Shown here: positions 27,710 to 43,207 of the stretch, in pieces | Position numbering within the stretch: position 1 is the stretch's first letter | How the letters are laid out: each line of letters opens with the position of its first letter | Source of the DNA: Octopus vulgaris | Taxonomy: Eukaryota | Assembly (NCBI GenBank): GCA_951406725.2 | Contig: OX597826.1 | Span: 40,858,001 to 40,922,000 of the forward strand | Direction of reading: 5' to 3' | DNA length: 64,000 nucleotides | Notes under the pieces: model-generated | The model's database searches: none | What the model saw: the letters and a program-made list of their open reading frames with translations, nothing else | What the model was told of the DNA's origin: nothing | Made by a program: the position numbers and the translations under genes

Positions 27710-28218
27710 GAGTGAGAGAGAAGTGCATACCATCAAAGTGTACCCATCATGACTTCTCGTCTGATTAGGGTACACCAGGCGCATGCATCACAACCATATG
27801 TGCGCGACATGGTGATCTATCAAAATAAACATCGCATGACCTTGCAGGTGAGAATTTTCTTCAGGTCGAGTAGCCCATCCTGCTTAAAAAGTCCCTGAAT
27901 AAGGGTTGTTTAAAGATGTTGAACGAAACACCCATGTTTCCAAAGGTGAATTATCTAAACCCCAAAGAATTTCTTTCAACACATCGCTATGATGCTCCCC
28001 CACTATTTCTGCTCGTGATCAGAGATGCATATATAGTCAGCCACTAAGGGATATGCTCAACTGGTTAAGGTCAAACAACTGACAAGTAAATCTGTGGTAT
28101 TGAGCAGAATATTTGCTGTAGCCCATCTTTTATACCAAGACAAAACAATGATAACGCTTCTAATCAGTTAAGATCTGCAGCCACGAAAGTCACTCTCTGG
28201 TACTGCATCAGGGCATTT
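27710..28218 (-). repeat. ~500-bp probable interspersed repeat embedded in (AAT)n
   Basis: Complex, non-coding, GC-richer block sharply bounded by triplet microsatellites; single copy in this window. Confidence 0.4.
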
Positions 28219-28261
28219 GTCATCAGCATCATCATCATCATCATTATTGTTATTATTATTA

Positions 28262-28467
28262 AGAGGCTAGCTGGCAGAATCGTTAACACCCGTTCAGGGT
28301 TCAAATTCTGCCGAGGTCGACTTTGCCTTTCATTTTGTTGTGATCGATAAAATAAGTTTTAGTTGAACCCTGTGTTCGATGTAATTGACTCATCCTCATC
28401 TCCCCCAAGCTGCCCTTGCGGAAAAATTTGAAATAATAATAATAATACTAATAATATAATAATAATA

Positions 28468-28538
<71 letters not shown>

Positions 28539-28539
28539 T

Positions 28540-28571
<32 letters not shown>

Positions 28572-28776
28572 AATTATATCAAGGCGGCGAGCTGAATCAT
28601 TACCAAGCCGAGCGAAATGCTTAGCAGTATTTCATCTGCCGCTTCGTTCTAGGTTCGAATTCCGCCGAAGCCGACTTTCGGATTCGAAGTAAGTAATAGT
28701 CAAGTACTGAGGTCAATGTGATCGACTATCCCCTCCCCCACCCAAATTTCGGTTCTTGTGCCTATAGTAAAAAAGG

Positions 28777-28830
<54 letters not shown>

Positions 28831-29031
28831 TAGGCAACGAGCTGGCAGAATCTTTAGCGTGCCGGTCAAAACGCTCAGGGGCATTTCGTCCGTCTTTTAA
28901 ATTCCACCTTTATCTTTCATTCTTTCGGAGTCGATAAAATAAGTACCAGTTGAACGCTGGGGTCGATGTAATCAATCGACTCATCCCATCCCCGCCCCCA
29001 AAATTGCTGTACTTGTGGCAAAATTTGAAAC

Positions 29032-29088
<57 letters not shown>

Positions 29089-29200
29089 CATATGTTTGAC
29101 TTTTGCTTTACATTTGCACAAGCTGGCTCCAAGTCTCACCCAGAGACCTCAAGAGACAAGCTGGATGTTCACGTTATGCCTAGGGTGCCATATATTTGGT

Positions 29201-29262
<62 letters not shown>

Positions 29263-29274
29263 CATCATTATTGA

Positions 29275-29307
<33 letters not shown>

Positions 29308-29762
29308 CATCATTATTGATATTATTATTATCATCATTATTGATATTATAATAATAATAATTATTATAATTAAGGCAGCGAAGTGGCAGCATCGTTAGCA
29401 CGCTGGACGAAATGCTTAGCCTTTCATCCTTTCAGGTTCGATAAAATAAGTATCAGTTGAACAGTGGAGCCGATGTAATTAATTAACCCCCCCCCCCCCA
29501 CACACACACACACACACATACAAATTTCAGGTTTGTGTCTATGTTACAAACGACTTATATTACCATTATTATTATTATTATGGTGGTAGAATTGTTAGCA
29601 CGCCGGACAACATTCTTAACTGCATTTCGTCTGGCCTTACGTTTTGCGCTCAAATTCCGCCGAGGTAAAGTTTGCCTTCCATCCTTTCACGGCCGATAAA
29701 ATAAGTACCAATCGACTCGCCACCTCTCGGAAATTGCTGACATTGAGGCAAAGTTTGAAACC
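28262..29762 (+). mobile_element. Cluster of five family A SINEs separated by (ATT)n
   Basis: Copies start near 28262, 28581, 28832, 29373 and 29580, all in the same orientation. Confidence 0.8.
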
Positions 29763-29781
29763 ATTATTGTTATTGTTATTA

Positions 29782-29827
<46 letters not shown>

Positions 29828-30062
29828 CCATGGTTTGAGAAAAACATTTCAAGTATTTCGTATAATAATAGTAATAATAATAATAATTTGCATTGTTGCT
29901 ATAATTCTGTTATTATTTTATCTTTTGCTCCTGAGATAGGGTCGATAGAATGGTGGTAAAAATTATTATAAATTTATATCTGGGATTGAATTGATGATAA
30001 TTTTTATCTTTGATGCATTTTAAATGAAGCATTAACAATGCTAACAAAGACAAACAAACATA

Positions 30063-30129
<67 letters not shown>

Positions 30130-30158
30130 TGTGTGTATTTATACAAATATATACATAT

Positions 30159-30201
<43 letters not shown>

Positions 30202-30213
30202 TGCTTTTATTCT

Positions 30214-30258
<45 letters not shown>

Positions 30259-30380
30259 GTCTGAATGCGAGTGAATATATGTATATAGTCACTCGCATAA
30301 TGCATACACACATACATATATACATACATACATACATACGTACGTATATACACATACACATGTATACATACATAGAGACA

Positions 30381-30432
<52 letters not shown>

Positions 30433-30601
30433 TAGATAGATATATATATTCAATGTATGTATGATATAACATAATATGATATAATATATATAATATATAA
30501 TACGTATATTGTATATATATAATAAAATATATCATATATATATATATATCATATTGTATTATATTATATTATAAATAATATAATATATAATATATATTTA
30601 T

Positions 30602-30641
<40 letters not shown>

Positions 30642-30756
30642 TATATTATATTATATTATTTATAATATAATATAATATAATACAATATGATATATATATA
30701 TATATGATATGTTATATTATATAATGTTATATCATAATATAATATATTATATTATA

Positions 30757-30865
<109 letters not shown>

Positions 30866-30866
30866 G

Positions 30867-30901
<35 letters not shown>

Positions 30902-30919
30902 TATACAATTTATACATAA

Positions 30920-30960
<41 letters not shown>

Positions 30961-30996
30961 ATATATACATATAAAATATATACACATATACATATA

Positions 30997-31083
<87 letters not shown>

Positions 31084-31189
31084 CCTATACACGCTCAGGA
31101 ACGCGCGCGCACGCACCGATATACCTACGGGGAAATATTTCAATATGAATGTCTTAATAAAACTAATATTCTCATGTGGTGAGAGGGAG

Positions 31190-31259
<70 letters not shown>

Positions 31260-31374
31260 CCTGGTCGCTTAGCCAGCGGGGTGGCGTCATTCGAAGGCTA
31301 AAACAATGCGAATACATTGTCACCAGCGATGTGTAGCAACATCTGATGGTCTGGTCGTTCACGTGATACGCGAG

Positions 31375-31455
<81 letters not shown>

Positions 31456-31646
31456 TGCGTGTGTGTATGTAGGCTATGTTTTCCAAAATGGAGGTGAATA
31501 CCCTTCTGCATGTCGTCGGCATGAAAAATATTTAGGATACTTTCCTACTTTTCTTAACATGAAACCAAAGGTAACTTTAATTCACAAAAAATAAACTATA
31601 TCCACCAATGCACTGTTGAGTAATCATATTCATCGTCCGACCTGTA

Positions 31647-31726
<80 letters not shown>

Positions 31727-31899
31727 ATATATGTATGTATACTTCTTCTTTCCATATATATATATATATATATATAAATTTGAGAAAAAAACCTCTATTA
31801 TGCAATTTAAACAATGATAGACATAAACCAAAAGATTAAAAAAAATAAAATATATATTTTTTTTTAAATCATATAACTAGATCACAAAAATTGGATTGA

Positions 31900-31937
<38 letters not shown>

Positions 31938-33510
31938 AATCCAAGCATGAACAAGCAAGAAAATATAAGAAAAGACAGCGTGGGGACGTGAAATGAGGGT
32001 GCATGGACAAGTAGTTACGGTGTTGCACTGACGATCGCTAGATTGCGATTTCAATTTCTAGACCGGATGGTGCGTTGTGTTCTTAAGCAAAACACTTCAT
32101 CTCGCACTGCACTGCGATCACTTCGACCCCAGACGCATGGTACACAGTGCACCTGATCAGACCACATCGATTTGATGGAGGGAGTGAGCTAATGTCCGGC
32201 ACGAACATTTGATCACTATCAACAAACTCATTCGTGCAGGTCGTTCGGCATAAGCACTGCAAAATCTCGGTTATCTCGTTAGAATTTCAGGGGAAGGCAT
32301 AAATCGATGACATCGACCACAATGCTTAACTAGAACTTTTTTTATCGACTCGGAGGAATTTGGACTTAAAACATACAGACAGACGAAATGCCGATAAACA
32401 TTTTGCCCGGTGTACTAACGATTCCACCAGCCCGCCGTCTTTATGTATACATGTATGTGTCTGGGGGGTGAGTTTGTGGATGGGGGCTGAGTTAGTGGAT
32501 GGATGGCTCTATATATATTTATATATATATATGGATATATATGCATACATAATGGTATATAAAGAAATACATACATGTACATATTTATACATATATTCAT
32601 ACATACACACACATTTATATACATGCATGCATGCATACATACATGCATACATACATACACATCTAAATATGTATATGTACACACAGATATATATATATAC
32701 ACACACACGTATGTGTGTGCGTGTGTGTGTGTGTGTGTGTGTTATAATCCAGTACAATGCTGAGAACAATTCCTTTTATTTCATTGATTTAAAATACTTT
32801 CGTCAAAAATCTTATGACTATCGATTCTCAATGAAACACTTGTAAACCATCTAAATAAATATATGGTCTTGCTTACTTTATTCTCTTTTGTTATTATAGG
32901 ATAAACTCTGGGAAGTTTTGTGGATTTCCAAACATATGCTTGATATAACAATCAATCTCCTAATTATCAGCTGTCTGATAGCCTACACCCGTGAATGAAC
33001 TTTATAGAGTGAACACCAGGGTTAACATCCTAATGAAATTACCATTTGTGTTTGTAACTGTGTGTGCAATTCATTGTACAATTGTAAATTTGAATAGGTT
33101 ACATATTTTTTTATTGATTTCAACAAAACTACTCTAAATTTCACCAAACATCTATAAATTTCGCCATGCCTTTCCGGATTCTGAAATTGAAGATTTTGCG
33201 TTCGTTCACATACATTTAACCAGCATCAATTAAATTAATATTTTTAATTTCGAAATGGCGAAGGAGGTGGTTTACCTAAATAAACTATGTTCTATCTATC
33301 TCCTTCTCATATATTATATACATATAAATGATTGATAATATATATACACACACATGCATACATGGGTACAGGGCGTCACCAACGGTGCAAATAACATGAA
33401 ATCCGTAAACAACGAGAAAAATGGAAAACAGGACAAGTAAACTCAGAGAAAGGACCCTTCATTAATTGTCGGCTGTCTATCTATATGTATTTATATATAT
33501 ATAAATACTC

Positions 33511-33580
<70 letters not shown>

Positions 33581-33632
33581 TTATAAATATATACTTATAT
33601 ATATATATACCTATATATGTATATATATATAT

Positions 33633-33830
33633 AGGGAGAGTTTACGAAAACAACAAAAGACGAAGACAGGTGGTGTACAAAACAAACAGATTTATTAGTA
33701 TAACGCTCGGGAATATAAAAAGGCTTTTGCGTTTCGAGCCTACGCTCTTCTACAGAAAAGGACACAGAAAAAGCAAGGAGAGAAACAAGGAGAGAGAAAA
33801 ATGTGTGTAGTGGCTAACGATCTATCTTAC
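33633..33830 (-). mobile_element. Short (TA)n-associated repeat with hammerhead-like motif
   Basis: Minus strand reads tagaagagcgtaggctcgaaacgc...aataaa. A fragment of its 3' end recurs at 36753-36785. Confidence 0.45.
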
Positions 33831-33863
33831 ATATACATATATATATATACGTATATATATATA

Positions 33864-33929
<66 letters not shown>

Positions 33930-34800
33930 CATACATATATACTTATATATATTATATAATATATATTATATATTCTTTTTATCAAACCTGAAGAGATCTT
34001 TACAAACTGTTACTCAGATTTTCATGTTAGCGTTCGTCTAACAGTTGTGTTCAGACACTAGTTTTTCGGCTGTAATATAAAGCATATTACTCTTCCTTTG
34101 GTATTCAGTATTATTTTTTCATCCTAGCTTTACATTTAAGTACTTACATGTGTATGTGTGTGTGTTTGTGCGCGCGCGTGTATATATATATAAGAGAACA
34201 TCGTGTTTTTTTTTTTTTTTTTTTGTATGTGTAAAAATTTAGTGTATAGCTGCTAAACACAACAACAGTCATAATTGTAAGATGACCACGATAAAGATAC
34301 TTCAGCAGCAATTTCTAAAATCAGGCAAATAATTTGATGTGTATTAAGTTGTTATCTCATGCATGCTACGTGACTATCAACCAGATTTCTCGATTTATTG
34401 TAGAGGTCAGCAACAAATATTGCACTGAACTGGACAGAACCAGAGATAAATTTAGAAAAGCATCCATATACGTACATGGAGTAAACTCATCCGGGCCCGG
34501 CCTAGTCGAGGCCATCACGATAGCTACAACTACCAACCTAGAAATGTCTACCTACTCTTCGCCTGCTAGAAACAGTAACCAAATTTTTCGCACATTTGGC
34601 GAAAAACATACCCAAACGATTAACGAAACACCAGTTATATTTGAAGATGTCGTCTAAACATATGGTGTCTGTTCAGAAAGAAATTTTTAAAATGGTTTGA
34701 ATGCTGTGACCATATCTTACTCCGATCAGCGGTCCCATGTAGTTTGTAAGCAAGCTTCTTAGCACATAGCCACTCCCGCGGCAAATATATATATATATAT

Positions 34801-35106
34801 ATCCTTAAATCCTTAAAAATGTTTTAGCCCGAAGGCCGCGGCCATGCTGGGGCACCACCGCTGAATGAGCTACACTAATTTGTGAATCCACCTCTGATAC
34901 GTAGCACTTGATCAACAAGGGAGTTCGATGCTGCTGCCCGCAACTGCGTCTCCTGTCGTGAGGTAGGTTCATCTGGGACTCCCGACAAGAAGAGATCCAG
35001 TTTCGTTTTAAAGAAACCCACATCCACACCATGTAAGTCTCTCAGGCATTTAGGGAGGATGTTACAGAGCTGTGGTCCTCTGAAACACAAGCTGTTGCAG
35101 TATCTG

Positions 35107-35110
<4 letters not shown>
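34801..35110 (-). pseudogene. CR1/L2-group LINE 3' end with intact tail
   Basis: NSLCFRGPQLCNILPKCLRDLHGVDVGFFKTKLDLFLSGVPDEP, then 3' UTR ggtgccccagcatggccgcggccttcgggctaaaac and a ttaagga repeat. Confidence 0.75.
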
Positions 35111-35154
<44 letters not shown>

Positions 35155-35563
35155 GCCGCAGATGCCGCAGGAGTGGCTATATGCTAAGAAGCTTGCTTAC
35201 AAACTACATGGGGCCGGGTTCACGGCCTTTGTGCATGTGTCTTCTGCTATAACCTCATGGTTCCGGGGTTCACAGCACCTCGTGCAAGTGTCTTCTATCA
35301 TCATTGCTTGACAACTAAAGTTGGTGTGTTTACGTCTCCGTGGTTCGGCAAAAGAGACCGAATATATATATAAGTATGTATATATTTATATATATATATA
35401 TAAAATACAAAGTTATATCTGGAGATCGTTAGTGACAACACTCAAAATATATAACAGACTGGAATTGTTGTGCTCAAATGAGCTGTATACACTTATTTAA
35501 TCCATGTGGTTAGGAATATATATATGTATGTATAAATATTTGTATGTGTGTGTGTGTGTACAC

Positions 35564-35651
<88 letters not shown>

Positions 35652-35711
35652 TACATGTTATACCCCACTATGGCTACAAGCTTAGGCTGAAACTCATAAC
35701 AATGAATAGTA

Positions 35712-35758
<47 letters not shown>

Positions 35759-35791
35759 TTATGTATATATTTGTATATATCTATATATATA

Positions 35792-36534
35792 CTAGCATTA
35801 AATACCCGTCATTGCCGGGTCATAGTGCTAGTGCATGTATATATGTCTATATATATGTGTACATATTACATGTACATCTATATATATATTCAAATGGCAA
35901 ATATGCGTCAATATATATATATACATCTACACATAAAATGCAAAATACAAAGTTATATCTTGATATCACTAGTGATAACAATACTCAAAATATATAACAG
36001 AGTGAAATTGTTAGCTCTTCTTTTTTCTCTACATTGTATACTTTATAGACAATAGTCTTTTCTTTAATTTAATATTCCATTTCTGCACGCTAATTATATT
36101 TTTAATTTATTCCCATTCATGTGAAACCACTTATTCAAGTTCAAATCATTGATGCAATTTTATACCAATTGCTATTTTTACTTTTGTATGTTACGATTAT
36201 ATTATACTTTAGTTTGATTTTAATTATTACTTACTACATATAATTTAATTGTTATTATTATTTTTATTGTTAAAGTGAAAGCATCTGACATAAAATAGAG
36301 AAATATTTTTGTTTCACTTTTAACACGTAATACTGAAATAGTGGAAAAGATATGATATTGCTATGGGCTCGCTCTAGGCAAGAAGTTGAACATTGTTTTT
36401 GCCCATGAAACTACATGGACACTAAGTAAGGCATGTGTAAAATTTGAATGAAATTGGTTGTGTAGTTCTCAAGTTTTAGGGAAACACACAGACAGACAGA
36501 CAGACAGACATTCTCAGTTTCATATATATAAAGA
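35792..36534 (-). mobile_element. Non-autonomous Helitron with (CTGT)n near the 5' end
   Basis: Minus strand starts tctttatatatatg...(tctg)n and ends acccggcaatgacgggtatttaatgCTAG^T. An internal segment (35943-36015) is also present at 35402-35475. Confidence 0.75.
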
Positions 36535-36588
36535 TATATATATATTTATATATATCTCTATATATATATATCTATTTATATATATAGT

Positions 36589-36648
<60 letters not shown>

Positions 36649-36666
36649 TCTATTTATATATATAGT

Positions 36667-36755
<89 letters not shown>

Positions 36756-36782
36756 GGGAAGGTTTACGAAAATAAACAAAAG

Positions 36783-36821
<39 letters not shown>

Positions 36822-36843
36822 TACATATGTATTTATATATTTG

Positions 36844-36877
<34 letters not shown>

Positions 36878-37275
36878 TATACATATATATATATATTTAT
36901 ATACACAATATATATATTTTTTTTTATTTACTTTGAGGAAAACAGAAACGTCTTAAAAAGGGATATGAACGTCCAAGCTTTATCGGTTTAATTTTATATA
37001 TCTATGAAATGTTTAGGAGTCCAGTATCACTTTATAGTATTGGTGTTTATTGTTTAATAATAGGCACCAATTAAATATATTACGGAAATATATGACACGA
37101 CTTTAAAGAAGAACAGTAGTAAACGAGTGAAGAACAAATGTATGTACATATATACATATATACATACATATATAAATACATATATACATACATATATACA
37201 TACATATATGCATATATACATACATATATGCATACATATATACATACATATATACATACATATATACATACATAT

Positions 37276-37308
<33 letters not shown>

Positions 37309-37518
37309 CATACATATATACATACATATATATATATACATCTATTCTTCATTCGTATGTACATGTATGTGTGAGTGTGTGTGTGCGTCCGAAGATATAC
37401 ACGGAGCGCAAAAGTAGGTATACAGTTATGAAGAAAACAGGTCAATATTTTAAGATGAGTATTGGACGTGTATTTTATTCATAACTGTATACCTACTTGT
37501 GCACCCCGCAGTATGTCA

Positions 37519-37577
<59 letters not shown>

Positions 37578-37579
37578 TA

Positions 37580-37925
37580 TATTGATGAAAAGGGCTCGCT
37601 AACTGTAGACCCCAAGAGATTAAGTGAAGCACTCAATAAACAATTCCAAAGTGTTTTTACCTCCCCACTGGAAAACATGAAAATAAGCAAACCTGATGAG
37701 TTCTTCAACACCTCTAACCTACAAAGGCGACCATCAATTATATTGACATTACAGATGAGGATGCATTGTCCGCAATTGACGAGATAAATCCAGACTCTGC
37801 AAAAGGCCCCGATGGACACCCAGATATTCTGTTACCAATATTCAAGAAAGCTCTTGCAAAACCACTGCAGGTGCTTTTCCAGAGGTCCCTTGAATGCGGT
37901 ACATTTCCTCAAGCGTTAAAAGAAT
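37580..37925 (+). pseudogene. CR1-group LINE ORF2 fragment upstream of the RT
   Basis: EALNKQFQSVFT...AIDEINPDSAKGPDGHP..LAKPLQVLFQRSLECGTFP. Confidence 0.75.
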
Positions 37926-37954
37926 GAATAATCTTAAAAGTGTTAAAAGAATGA

Positions 37955-37998
<44 letters not shown>

Positions 37999-38243
37999 TC
38001 AAAATAAGCAAAAGAATATCAAGTATCCGAAGATAGCATTACATTTACATAGATGTAGTGATTGCATTGTTCAATTAAATGAAGCCGCGTGAAACGGTCG
38101 TACTGTATCACTACATGATATCCTAACATATTTCGATTTTATTCACCTTACTTCGAGCGTTGCGGAAAATACCGGACTGACTTGATGCTTCGACTTAAGT
38201 ACCTAATTCAACTGAATCTTAATTATTTCTTTGATATATATAC

Positions 38244-38296
<53 letters not shown>

Positions 38297-38316
38297 TGTG
38301 TGTGTGTGTAAGTATT

Positions 38317-38562
38317 TATTCTTTATTCTTTTATTTTCTTCAGTCATTTAACTGCAGCCATGCTTAAGCACTGCTTTTAGTCGAACAAATCGACCCCAAG
38401 AGTTATTCTTTGTAAGCTTAATACTTATTCTATCTTTCTCTTTTGCCGAACTGCTAAATTACTTGGACGTAAACGCACCAACCTCGGTTGTCAGGCGATG
38501 GTGGGGGGACAAACAAAGACACACAAACATATATATACATATACATATATATATACATATAC

Positions 38563-38636
<74 letters not shown>

Positions 38637-38760
38637 GACGGTTTTCTTACAGTTCCCGTCTACCAAATCCATTCACAAGGCTTTGGTCGGCCCGAAGCTA
38701 CTGGAGAAGACACTTGCCCACTTACAGTGGGATTCAACCTCGAACAATGTGGTTGGAAAC
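38317..38760 (-). mobile_element. SINE family B (other partial copies near 1170-1410, 9525-9650, 10310-10480, 17520-17840, 21800-21990, 35165-35360, 47620-47780, 48470-48605, 56695-56795)
   Basis: Shared motifs ccaaatcca.tcacaaggctttggtcggcc and tagtcgaacaaatcgacccc. Confidence 0.75.
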
Positions 38761-38919
38761 AAGCAATAATAATAAATCTCTGAGCAAGGTATAAGCAGTA
38801 GCTGCACGACATCGTGAAGTATATTTGCCATCTAAATGTGGCTAACCCCAGGAAGACCTCCTCCACATTGTTTGTGCCCTCACTTTTTCGAGATCAGTAA
38901 GTTTTCTTCACTGGAAAAC

Positions 38920-38956
<37 letters not shown>

Positions 38957-39250
38957 TTGAGGACCACTACCCATCGCCAACTGGTGGTTGTCACACGCTG
39001 ATGACGGGTCAATACTCAGAAACCCGGGTCCGTGTGTATCACGTCAGGCTGGAGATGGGAACGATGACTTCCCCTTGCAAATACTTATAGAGCACAGATA
39101 GTGTGTCAATAGCCAGCTGGAGGAGTTGCCTTGTTGGGGCTACAAGTTACCGTATCATCAACTCTCGAGGGTTAGCCACATTTAGGTGACAAATATATAT
39201 CACGATGTCGTACGGTTACTGTTTATACCTCGCTCAGAGATTTAATATTG

Positions 39251-39253
<3 letters not shown>
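38761..39253 (+). mobile_element. Inverted-repeat element enclosing a hammerhead
   Basis: Diverged ~88-bp inverted arms 38761-38849 / 39168-39253, an internal (TA)n, and a hammerhead at 38992. Confidence 0.55.
38992..39036 (+). ncRNA. Minimal type I hammerhead ribozyme
   Basis: CACACG-CTGATGA-C-GGGT-CAAT-ACTC-A-GAAAC-CCGG-GTC-CGTGTG: perfect 6-bp stem I, 4-bp stem II, palindromic CCGG loop; predicted cleavage after C39030. Confidence 0.8.
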
Positions 39254-39307
<54 letters not shown>

Positions 39308-39387
39308 CAGTATATATATGTATATATAAGTAGATATATATATATATATATAACAGTATATATATGTATATATAAGTAGATATATAA

Positions 39388-39471
<84 letters not shown>

Positions 39472-39506
39472 CAGTATATATATGTATATATAAGTAGATA
39501 TATAAG

Positions 39507-39537
<31 letters not shown>

Positions 39538-39542
39538 GTATG

Positions 39543-39588
<46 letters not shown>

Positions 39589-39919
39589 CATAAGTATGTA
39601 TATATGTGTATATATATACATACGCACACGCACACACACGCACACACACGCACACATATCTATACACACACACAGACAACAAAAAGTCACCTGACAGTAA
39701 ATCAATATTCCATAAATACTTAATATTCAATTTTGTTTATTCATTCCAATTATGAATGTTTAATAATTAAATGGTGTGGGCTAAAATCAACGTGTTTTTC
39801 TTTTTTTTTTATTTCAACATTTGTTTATTTACTAGCGAAGTTTCATGTAAAATGATTGTTTGTTTTAATCTAAGAATTTAGTTTATTCTTATTTACTGTC
39901 AGGTGACTTTTGCCCAACC

Positions 39920-40610
<691 letters not shown>

Positions 40611-40627
40611 CACACACACACACACAT

Positions 40628-40835
40628 TTCAAAATGTGACCTCGTGTGTACCGTTGGCGATTTTTTTCCTCTGTCTTCCCTTCTCTGGATCTTTCCTTCT
40701 CCTATGTTTCCGACGAAGAGCTCCGCTCGAAACGTTAAGCCCTCCTTCTTTCCTTCTTTCCTGAGCGTCCAATAATACCATATTTGTTCCACGTCCCCGC
40801 GTTGTTGTGTTTTTTTTGTGCTTTCTTGTTTGGAT

Positions 40836-40840
<5 letters not shown>
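40628..40840 (+). mobile_element. Short (TA)n-associated repeat with hammerhead-like motif (copy 2)
   Basis: gacgaagagctccgctcgaaacgtta; homologous to 9238-9432; ends in (TA)n. Confidence 0.6.
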
Positions 40841-40925
<85 letters not shown>

Positions 40926-40926
<1 letters not shown>

Positions 40927-41150
40927 TAGTATTATAACCGGATTTTATTCGGGTTTACATGGGCCACATTTTAAAGATGAGGAATTTCGCCCTAGAGACC
41001 ACGCCTTTCAACTGAGCAAGCTTAAAGTTGCCATGCACTTTTAACATAGGTGTGCAAATTTTCAGGTCAATCCGACCACATTTACTAATACTTTTTCCTG
41101 CAAAGCTGCTTATGAGACATCGTCCGCCATTTTCACAAATATATAGTAGA
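40926..41150 (-). mobile_element. Short non-autonomous Helitron
   Basis: Minus strand A^TCtactatata...aacccgaataaaatcccggtt (hairpin)...CTAG^T. Confidence 0.65.
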
Positions 41151-41309
41151 TATAAAAGTATACATACACTTTTATTATAGCAAAATAAGCAACAAGGATA
41201 TCCAGACGTTATCCTTGTTGCTTACTTTGATTTTAATCACCTTATGTTGAAATTATATGGATAGTACTGTGCTAAATTCTGGTGCCTCAACTTAAGTACC
41301 ATATTCACC

Positions 41310-41393
<84 letters not shown>

Positions 41394-41502
41394 TGTCGAT
41401 GTAATATGTGACAATTATTCACATATTACATTTACAAATAAATTCCTCTATTTACATAATATCGAGGTGTCTTTCATTCTTTTGTTGTCTTACCATTTTT
41501 AT

Positions 41503-41561
<59 letters not shown>

Positions 41562-41848
41562 TATATAAACGTATATTCATAAAATAGGATAAAAATCACG
41601 TTAATGATTATTATCAGGTAGTCAGCATGGAAATATATATATATATACATATATATATATACATATATATATACATATATATATATATACATATATATAC
41701 ATATATATATACATATATATATATACATATATATATATACATATATATATATACATATATATATACATACATATATATATACATACATATATATATATAC
41801 ATATATATATACATACATATATATATACATACATATATATATATATAC

Positions 41849-41883
<35 letters not shown>

Positions 41884-41970
41884 CATATATACATATATAT
41901 ATATACATATATATATATATACATATATACATATATATACATATATATATACATATATACATATATATAC

Positions 41971-42011
<41 letters not shown>

Positions 42012-42012
42012 C

Positions 42013-42099
<87 letters not shown>

Positions 42100-42328
42100 T
42101 AGATAGATATATAGATATAGATATATATACATATATATATACATATAACTATATGTACATGTATATATATATACAGGAGAAGCAATTACGACAGAAAAAA
42201 AGACGGGTCATTCGTGACCTTCTTTACTCAGTCAAGTTACCAGATGTCCTTACTGTTTCGGGCAGTTGTGTGTGTATGTGTTTATGTATGTAGGTATCTA
42301 TCTAACTATCTATCTATCTATCTATCTA

Positions 42329-42371
<43 letters not shown>

Positions 42372-42668
42372 ATATATATAATTATTATTATCATTATTAT
42401 TATCATTATCATCATCATCATCATTAGTATTATATAAATATATAAATATATATATACCTTTTATTATGCTGGAAAGATCTTCCTAAACTGTTACTCAGCT
42501 TTACACATTAGCGTTAGTATGATTTCGGCTTTAATAAAAAGCATATTACGCTACCTTTGATATTAGAGTAGTGTTTTTCCAATTTGTTTTGCACTTATGT
42601 GCTTACTTGTACATGCGTGTATGCGTCTGTGTGCAAGCGTTTGTATGTGTGTATGTGCGTGCGCGCGA

Positions 42669-42710
<42 letters not shown>

Positions 42711-42749
42711 GTAAATATGTGCGTGTGTACGTGTGTGTAATAATAACCA

Positions 42750-42960
42750 TTTCTACTGGTGGTATAAGGCCTGAAATTTGTGGGACGGGACTTGTCGGTT
42801 ACACGACCTCAGTTTTTTAGTGGTACTTAATTTATCGACCCCCGAATGGATAAAAGGCAAAGTGCGCCTCAGCAGAATTTGAGCTCAGAATGTAAAGACA
42901 GATTAAATGCCGCTTAGCATTTTACCCGGCTTGCTAAAGGTTCTGCCAGCTCGTCACCGA
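42750..42960 (-). mobile_element. Family A SINE (further copies at 32290-32440 minus and 61095-61235 plus)
   Basis: Reverse complement of gagctggcagaa...gttctgagctcaaattctgctgagg...ggggtcgataaattaagtacc. Confidence 0.7.
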
Positions 42961-43155
42961 ATAATGATACAGTTATCAACTAACATGCATTAAACTGTCA
43001 AATATATATCAAAAATAAACACTGAATTGTCAAATATATAACAACATTTAATTTATTTTAATCATCAAATATATTTCAACACATTTATACTAAATTCTCA
43101 CATACATATCATGACATATACACTAAACATACTTTCATATACATATATATATATA

Positions 43156-43207
<52 letters not shown>

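Noticed and set aside
33985-34150. Repeat shared with 42460-42620 starting cctgaagagatc
   Set aside because: It is an interspersed repeat, but neither copy has GAAA or stem III, so it was not called a ribozyme.
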